Below the pieces are notes generated by a model. That model had not been told where the DNA came from. It saw only the letters and a list, made by a program, of their open reading frames with translations, and did no database searches. The translations under genes were made by a program, and so were the position numbers. Source: Macrostomum lignano (Eukaryota). Taken from it: a stretch of DNA of 64,000 bases. The stretch is taken from NCBI GenBank assembly GCA_002269645.1, contig NIVC01002104.1:1-64000 (forward strand). The letters are read 5' to 3'. This document shows positions 53,549-64,000 of the stretch, in pieces; the first letter of the stretch is position 1, and the number at the start of each line of letters is the position of its first letter.

Positions 53549-54416
53549 ATGCGACTTACCGGTCTGCTGGCTCTGCTGTCGGTGCTGGGGACTGCACTGT
53601 CTGCGGCACAACAACTCGGTGAGCTTCTGTGGGAATTCCTGTCTTTGTATCCACCTATCTTTGTATCTGCCTGTCTTTGTATCTACCTGTCTTTGTATCT
53701 ACCTGTCTTTGTATCTACCTGTTTTTGTATCTACCTGTCTTTGTATTTAACTGTCTTTGTATCTATCTGTCTTTGTATCTACCTGTATTTGTATCTACCT
53801 GTCTTTGTATTTACCTGTCTTTGTATCTATCTGTCTTTGTATCTACCTGTCTTTGTATCTACCTGTATTTGTATCTACCTGTCTTTGTATTTTCCTGTCT
53901 TTGTATCTATCTGTCTTTGTATCTACCTGTCTTTGTATCTACCTGTCTACCTGTCTAATGCAGATCTAATGCTGATCTGATGCAGATCTAATGCTGATCT
54001 AATGCTGATCTAATGCTGATCTAATGCTGATCTAATGCTGATCTAATGCTGATCTAATGCTGATCTAATGCTGATCTAATGCTGATCTAATGCTATTCAT
54101 CTAGCATCCTGTACTTGTGAATTCGTAAAATCCCTCAGATGAACAACAGTTGCGGCAGCAGAAGCCGATGCCGGATGCTGAACTCCTCACTGACCTCATT
54201 GAGAAGCGAGGCGTCGAGCTGGCGGGCGACATGTACTGCTGCGTGAACGGCATCCCCGGCTGCTGCCGCCGGCGCCGCCGCCGCTCAGCGCCGGGTGCCG
54301 ACGAGGCCCAGGAGAAGCTGCGTGCCGCCTGCAGCTGCTGCCGCAGGCGGTCGGCCTTGTCGAGTCCCTCGCCCTGCTGCCTGGCCTGTCGCCAGTTGGC
54401 GCACCAGCTGGGCTGA
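53549..54416 (+). CDS. Secreted Cys-rich prepropeptide (neuropeptide/toxin-like), 115 aa, 2 coding exons
   Basis: Exon 53549-53618 encodes signal peptide MRLTGLLALLSVLGTALSA with donor G|GTGAGC. Exon 54139-54416 follows acceptor CCCTCAG in matching phase 1. KR and RRRRRR cleavage sites, 10 Cys, C-terminal Gly. AATAAA at ~54485. Confidence 0.85.
53640..54095. repeat. 16-bp then 11-bp minisatellites filling the intron
   Basis: TATCTACCTGTCTTTG units to ~53955, then CTAATGCTGAT units. Confidence 0.93.
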
Positions 54417-54739
54417 AGTTGAACAACAAAGACTTGAAAACAAAACAAAAGCAGAACAAACAGATCGAACAAAATTCCCCTTGTAATAAACGTTTATGAG
54501 CTTTGACTCAAGCGGCTGCGACTTGCTTGCAAATGCAGCCTTTTTTCTGAATTTTGTTTGCTTCTGTTCGGCTGCAGTTGCCCAGCTCAGGGCTGCGAAA
54601 TGCTTTCGGTCGATGCCGCCTTGCCGCGGGATGGAGTACTTATTGATTGGTCTCGGAACCTCCTACTCGTAATTAGACAATGAGGCTGATGAGGGCTCTC
54701 TATTATGAGCGATCGAAGATGTCCCTCTGGCAGCTCGTG

Positions 54740-55028
<289 letters not shown>

Positions 55029-55562
55029 GACAACAGTGGAAAATGCAGCTTCGCCAATGCTATTTTGGTCGAATGCAGCTGCTGATCCGCCCACTCGGTC
55101 AAGGGCCAGCCCAAATTTACAATTGGCAGTGCGACGCACTCTTCAACTCTTCTTGAGTCTCGCGCGCACTTCATTAATTAACTTTGCTGCTCAACTTCCG
55201 AATAATTTCAGCCAGTTTCGCCCCCCCCCCCCAGTTAGGAACTAGATTCCTTTCTCCATCCTTTTCTCCACTTGGAGCTGTCTACACATTGATTCATTGT
55301 CAGCGCGAGCTGGTTAGCAGAGGAAGTGAAAATCCGGCTTCCCAGCCGCCGAAAACATGTTTTCTTTATTTCTAGCCATGACAGTTTCTAGCCTCCAAAG
55401 GTAAATAGTCTTTGAGTTAATTCAATTTTGTGGGAATTCGTAGAAATAGCTGGTTAATTTGATCCATTGTTTCAAGTTCTGCGTGACAAAGCCGTGCTGA
55501 CAATTTCCTAAGAGTTTTATTATTTACTATGCCCTAGCCAATTAGCTATGAGGGAGATAAGT

Positions 55563-55795
55563 GTCAGATGAGGGTGTCAGGTGAGACAGTAGGGATGTCA
55601 GTTAAGACGGTGAAGATGTCAGGTGAGACGTTGAGGATGTCAAATGAGACAGTGAGGATGTCAGATGAGACAGTGAGGATGTCAGGTGAGACGTTGAGGA
55701 TGTCAAATGAGACAGTGAGGATGTCAGATGAGACAGTGAGGATGTCAGATGAGACAGTGAGGATGTCAGATGAGACAGTGAGGATGTCAGATGAG
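55563..55795. repeat. 21-bp minisatellite
   Basis: GATGAGACAGTGAGGATGTCA units. Confidence 0.93.
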
Positions 55796-56319
55796 AATAT
55801 TTGAATTGAACGTTTCAAACAGTATTAATTTAAAATAGATTTTATGCTTCATACGGTACTTGTTGAGAAAACAGATTTGGATAGAATATCTAGAAATTTC
55901 TTCCTTTAATCTTCACTTCCCCAGTCCATTAGTCCAGTTTACCCCAAACCGAATGGGATATTAACTGACGTTCCCAGCCGCCTTTGAGCAGCAAGTCAAG
56001 TAAAAGGCGGTTGAATTATTCACAATAAAATCAATGCGCCCGACCGCCACAGGATCGTATCTGAACGAAATTGAAGATCTTAACGTAAAATATGAAGTAA
56101 TATTTATTTTTTTATGAAATCTACTCAACATACTACTGATCAAAAACTTGAGTAGTAATAACAGCTTTGAATATGGATGAAGGAATAAGAGTCTCGTGAT
56201 AGATTCCCCTACTAGATTGTACACCAAGACAAGCAATGAAAAACGGGAGCCTTTTGGCAGGAGCAAATTGGCAAAAGCACTTTGGCATGAGTATTTGGAC
56301 AGGTGCAAATCATTTCGAT

Positions 56320-56610
56320 TTAATAATAGTATCGTTTGATTAATAGCATCGTTTTAATAATAGTGTCGTTTCAATAATAGCGTCGTTTTAAAAGCAGTGT
56401 CGTTTTAATGGTAGCATCATTTTAATGATAGTGTCGTTTTAATAATAGTGTCATTTTAATATTAGTGTCGTTTCAATGATAGTGTCGTTTTAATAATAGT
56501 GTCATTTTAATATTAGTGTCGTTTCAATGATAGTGTCGTTTTACTAGTAGTGTCGTTTTAATAGTAGCATATTGTTTTAATAATGGTATCGTTTTTATAG
56601 AAGCATCGTT
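56320..56610. repeat. ~18-bp degenerate AT-rich repeat
   Basis: AATAATAGTGTCGTTTT-like units. Confidence 0.85.
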
Positions 56611-57929
56611 TTTAGTAGCATATAGTGCATAATAGTTTAGTAGTAATTTTAAGACTATTTACAAATAGAAAGCAAGATATTTGACATAGTGTTAACGAAA
56701 ACCATCTACTATAATAGCATAGTTGCGGAACAATGATTGAAGCATTGCACGATACGATAACAATTTGTCTATGGCCATTAAGATAAAACCTGACTTTACA
56801 AAATACAGGACGGCTCATGGCTGAATTATTTGCACAGGCAAGCACAATTAACAATACAAAGCATATGAAAGCTCTTAAACAAAATTTTAAATACAATAAG
56901 AACACTTATCTCAAGCTAAAAGAATGGCCGACTCAAACGATGTCGCCTGTCCAGCATGTCGTTTGATGCTCTCCAGCGAGAACATAGTTAGACATATTGC
57001 CAGCCAAAATGTCAACTTTATCAACGAATTTGACTGGAGCAACGGAACCATTACGTCCGGCTGTTGATGCAACAAATCTGCTCAAGGCGAAAGCAATATG
57101 GCATTCGTTGAGAGTACAATAGCAACCCGAGACGTCGCGTAACCGTAAAACAAGTGTCGAGGCACATCGTTTGGACGTGTGCTCGAAAACCGGCAATCGA
57201 TGGCACCGGCACCAGACACAACAGTGACGCCGCCGAACTAGATGAGCCCATGCCAGCCGGACCGTCAACCAGCGGCGTTACAACGGACCATGCGGCAACT
57301 CGCGATGAGAATGGAGACATCAGCGTCGACACCAACGTGACAGATGCAGCGACATGCAGCGAGATCGAGCAGCTACAACTGAGTCCGCTGATCCCGCACG
57401 ACAGTCAGAACTAAACATACAAATGTCGAATAGTTCGCGTACGCAGGACTCAGATCGGTCAAAAAATCTACCAAACGCAAAACAGCGGACAACGTGGTCG
57501 TCTCAATTGCAGCATTAGATGGAGACACAATCAGTGCACCCGTCCGATTGAGCGCTAAGCAGACTGTTCAACAGGCCAAGGCGACACGGCCACATGGCGA
57601 CATGACGATGGCGACAAGGAGTCAATGCGACACGACGATGACGGCGGCTGCGTTGACAGACGTCGATTAGAATGCGGAAGAGTTTTCACGTCGACTGTAT
57701 GGTAAGAGAGAATATATTTTACATCAATCTGTGCAACTATACAGTAGTAATATACACTCAGCAACATTGAAAAGTGTCCACGTCTGCACAAAAGGCTACA
57801 CTAGCTGAACGATTAGGATTGAAAGGTTTTTAACTATGTTTGGGCTATAGACAATCAAAATAAGGCAACAAAGAATGAACAGCGAAACAAATCCATGGCC
57901 ATTTCCATGCTGTGTACGTGTCTAAAGCA

Positions 57930-58235
57930 CAGTCAGTAACACGTATAGATAGCAACCACGAGCGTCCAACAGACCGCTCACTCGTCGAGTCATTCCCGAA
58001 CAAGGCGCCGCAGAAAGTCTTGTGGAAGCTGTTGCCACGCGACTGAAAGCGCATTGCGCAGCTGAACCATGTTCTAGGGGGATAGAGATTGATACACCGA
58101 ATCATGCGCTTCAGGAAATCACACACTTGCTCAATCGAGTTCATATCCGGTGATCTGGACGGCCAACGCAGAGTGCGCCAATCAGTCATTTAGCGGACTA
58201 CGCTCGTATCGTTGTCATCTGCATCCAGATGCCTC
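57930..58235 (-). pseudogene. Decayed Tc1-family transposase C-terminal fragment
   Basis: LRWPSRSPDMNSIEQVCDFLKRMIR, then in another frame NMVQLRNALSVAWQQLPQDFLRRLV. A frameshifted Q-DDN motif lies upstream. Confidence 0.75.
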
Positions 58236-58919
58236 CAGTAAACCCCTGTACACTCGTTACTGTAACGCTTTTCCCTGTGACACCAGATATTGGTTTTTAC
58301 ACTTTCCTGCCCTTTTTGCTCATTTGTCTATGGCCCAAAACCAATTGGCGAAACCATCGATCCTGCTGCCCATGGACCCTTGGCGCAAGGGTGGGCACTT
58401 TTAAATGTTGCTGAGTGTATATAGTTTTTAAACTTTGTTGTTCTATATATTTTGTCTTAACCTGCCTCCATAGATATTGCGTCTGCGCTACAGACTTCGT
58501 CAGCCAGATTCGAAGGGTTTATTCAACAGCAACAACGAATCCTAGTCTACTGGCTAATAAAGTGGACGCTGTCGATATGGTGCGCGCACTTCGTTATCAT
58601 GTTGACCTAGTTGTCCGCAATCTGTCAGTTTGCAAAATGGCATTTCGCACTGACACTAGCGGTACTGCCGTCGACGATCTCGAATAAGGGAGTAGACATG
58701 TCCGCTAGATTTTCGCCAATGCCATTGATGGCTTTGAACGCATTATATTGCAATAGTATTTAAACAAACAGGACCATAACTCATGCTGAAACTCGATCTC
58801 GTTTACGCTTGTAGCTGAACTTTTGTTGAAGTGACCTGCTTAAAACTTTCTTTAAAACTTTGAATTTTTTTAGTTAATGATCATGGGATGCCAGATGAGA
58901 CACACGGCGTACATGCTCG

Positions 58920-59075
58920 TTGTATACACTCGATGTAAACACTCAATGTACATACTCAATGTACACACTCAATTTACACACTCAATGTACACACTTAATG
59001 TACATTCAATGTACACAGTGTTCACACTCAATTTACACAATCAATGTACATACTCAATGTACACACCCAGTGTAT
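58920..59075. repeat. 11-13-bp degenerate repeat
   Basis: TACACTCAATG-like units. Confidence 0.8.
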
Positions 59076-59140
59076 ACAATCGACTCTCTCTAAACTGGTT
59101 TCCCAAAGATTTGCTTGTTGCTCAACGGTCAATGGGGTTT

Positions 59141-59982
59141 TGCCATAGACAAAGTCAAGGTACAGGTAAAAAATCCGTTAAGAATAGTTAACCTACAGAA
59201 AGTGCATTTCTCGCCTCTTTCCCAGTCTCATCCTTTTCCCGAGGAACAGCAACTTCTATGGTAATTTATCGGTTGTAGGAGTCCTGCTACAGTTGCATTT
59301 AACAAATGTAAACTAAACAAAACCAACAACAACATGAAGTTTAACATAGTAAGAAATACGCCGTACACTGTGGAAGCGTCTTTTAAGCACTCACTCAAAA
59401 ACGATTTCAACAGTGTTGGTGTTACCGTTGATGTTAGGCCTCATTTTCTTTGCAGGATTAGCTCTCACTACGTACTTTGTTCCATAGCTTCAATAGAGAG
59501 TTCAGGCTCGGTTTTAATAGACTGAATTGATGACTGACCACCAGAAGAGCATGCGATACTTTAACATGGTCTTGTACGTGAAACTGAATATAGCGCTCAA
59601 TAGCTGTCGAAGAGTGTCCTGTCACACACGAGCAATGTCCTCTCTAGCGAAGCCAGCACGGTGTAGAGTACTTGCGCAAGTCTTGTATAGAGACTGATTA
59701 CCTTTCAGTCACTCCAGTTAGGGGAGCCGTTAATTCACGAACAACACCGTCCAAGCTGTGACGGCCGACGGGTGACAACTAGTAGCAGGATTCGTTGTTG
59801 CGGATTCTTTACTTTCAAAATATCTTAACACTCTAGATCTAAGTCGTCTTGCATTGTAAAATGTTACTGTTATGTATGTAGGAGACAAAAAAAATGGATG
59901 AACTGCTGTTATAGTTAGCCTAGGCTTGTTGAAACGGGGAGAAACGCACAGCATCCCGCCCGCTGCAATAATCTATGGCCAA
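59141..59982 (-). mobile_element. Decayed second tyrosine-recombinase (Crypton-like) element, deletion derivative
   Basis: Minus-strand fragments ~59540-59900 read LSPVGRHSLDGVVRELT, GNQSLYKTCASTLHRAGFAREDIARV and (frameshift) TGHSSTAIERYIQ, collinear with the intact YR. Bounded by inverted GCCATAGAC (59142) and ATCTATGGC (59971). Confidence 0.7.
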
Positions 59983-60123
59983 CTTCAATAAGTAAAAAAC
60001 TCGTATGCATATAAGTATCTAGTTAATGTTTCTACAACTTGTATATTTTAAAAGTAAAGCTTAGTGCTGCTTAATAATTCTTAGTATCAGTTACTATTTT
60101 TTCAATTCGCAAAATAAGGAGTT

Positions 60124-60577
60124 TTGGCCATAGACAATTTTGGATTTCATTATTTCTTTGTCTTGTGTGCTGGTGTGCTAATGTGGGGGCTCCGCTACGC
60201 GCCTCAGCGTTATAGCTCATTTCTGCCCTCTGCAGCCCATCAATATTGGTATCAATATGAGACCGGGAGTGAACGTAATTTATTTGCTTTTTGGCAGTCA
60301 CCATACAAACAGCTAAGGAGAAATTAGGCAATAAACCAGAAGCAGAATAGCATATCGAAATGTTTAGTCCATCACTGAAGTCAGCCTGGCGGACTGCGGC
60401 AGGAATCGATGGTGCCATCACAGTGAAATCCAAGGGGTCAGATGCAACCCAAGGGGTGAAGAAGGAGAGCTGGCTGAGGGTCAGAGGGTTAGAGCGATAT
60501 CTGAAGGCTTTCACACTCAGTCTCATATTGAGCGTCTTATTCTCATTTTGATATTCCATTTTTTAGTCTATGGCCAA
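60124..60577. mobile_element. 454-bp element with TTGGCCATAGAC inverted ends
   Basis: TTGGCCATAGAC at 60124-60135 and GTCTATGGCCAA at 60566-60577. No coding content recognised. Confidence 0.55.
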
Positions 60578-61238
60578 GCCATTCCTGCAGCCAAGACTGG
60601 GCATGATCTGGCCGTGGCTAGCCTGGCCTTGCTTGCGATCCTATGCAGTCTTATTTTGAATGTCTAAAGTCTTATCTAGAGCGTCAAAAGCGATATATTA
60701 GGTTCACAACATTTTAGCCAGTCAGTCACATAGTTTGTGCCACAGACTAACTGTACTGGATATTGATGCGTCTTCGGCTTTCTGTAGGCTTCGCCTCGGC
60801 CTGAGAAATGCATCCTCGGACTTCCTTTTCCATAGCCACACTGGGAAAAGGATGAGAATGTATACATGTCAACAGCCGAGATTTCTTTGGAACTTGGAGC
60901 TCACTTGCATTTATAAGAAAAAAAGTTTAGATAAACTTGCAATGCGGCAGGTGTTTGCTTGCTCCATTCTGGAAACCGGGAAAAGTCCAGAAGATAAGAT
61001 TTATTAACAACTTGGCGCCACAAAAAAAGATGAAAACTTCCCATTTTGCCAATGTAGCGAAATTCGCACGATTTGCGAGCGCAGAATCCTTCTGCATCAG
61101 CTCACCCAACAACCAATGAGAACTCTCAAAGCCTCTGAGTCTGCTGACAAACTCTTTATCTCCAGCTGCAAGTTGAGCAAATCAATCCCCTGATCATGGT
61201 AACTAAAACCTCAGAGCTTCAATGCAGAGTCCGATACG

Positions 61239-63595
<2,357 letters not shown>

Positions 63596-63616
63596 GTGAG
63601 TAACTGGGGTCCCAGT

Positions 63617-63617
63617 A

Positions 63618-63656
<39 letters not shown>

Positions 63657-63664
63657 GGCAGACA

Positions 63665-63734
<70 letters not shown>

Positions 63735-63738
63735 CAAG

Positions 63739-63801
<63 letters not shown>

Positions 63802-63802
63802 T

Positions 63803-63862
<60 letters not shown>

Positions 63863-63901
63863 CAAGCAGGCAGGCAGGCAGGCAGGCAGGCAGGCAAGCA
63901 G
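63617..63901. repeat. (CAGA)n/(CAGG)n microsatellite
   Basis: CAGA run changing into a CAGG run. Confidence 0.98.
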
Positions 63902-64000
63902 TGAGAACACTTGAGGGTCAACATAAAACAGAACACAGGAGCCCAGCCAGGGACAACTAAAATAGTGTTTTATTTGACCTGAGCCCAGCTGAAATCCAAA

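Noticed and set aside
54139-54416. Insulin-like peptide call for the Cys-rich precursor
   Set aside because: Lacks the B-chain C-G...C and A-chain CC-x3-C-x8-C spacing.
57154-58687. ORFs 57154..57414 and 58415..58687
   Set aside because: No motifs or splice support; they lie among decayed TE fragments and are probably TE debris.

Overview
Eukaryotic (animal) genomic DNA. GC-rich, Ala-run-rich exons, introns filled with minisatellites and the TE content suggest a free-living flatworm such as Macrostomum; this is inference and was not tested. Host genes reconstructed by hand from ORFs and splice sites: a frameshifted rhodopsin-type GPCR (-), an intact intronless GPCR (-), a gamma-butyrobetaine dioxygenase-like gene (+, 6-7 coding exons, one GC-AG intron), a single-pass Pro-rich membrane protein (-), HtrA2/Omi (+) followed by MESD (+, no ATG of its own), a 4-exon CXorf65/C22orf15-like gene (-), a 2-exon secreted Cys-rich prohormone/toxin-like precursor (+), and an unknown secreted protein running off the window end (+). 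Mobile DNA: an intact D,D34D mariner nested in a TIR element that is itself nested in a hAT-like element; a spliced, apparently complete tyrosine-recombinase (Crypton-type) element inside an intron; a decayed second YR element and related CCATAGAC-ended elements; a hAT-type MITE; decayed mariner and Tc1 copies; and two tRNA-derived SINE families. There is also a 1722-bp tandem duplication and about 30 tandem-repeat arrays. Most long ORFs in the supplied track are repeat artefacts. All family assignments come from remembered motifs, not database searches.
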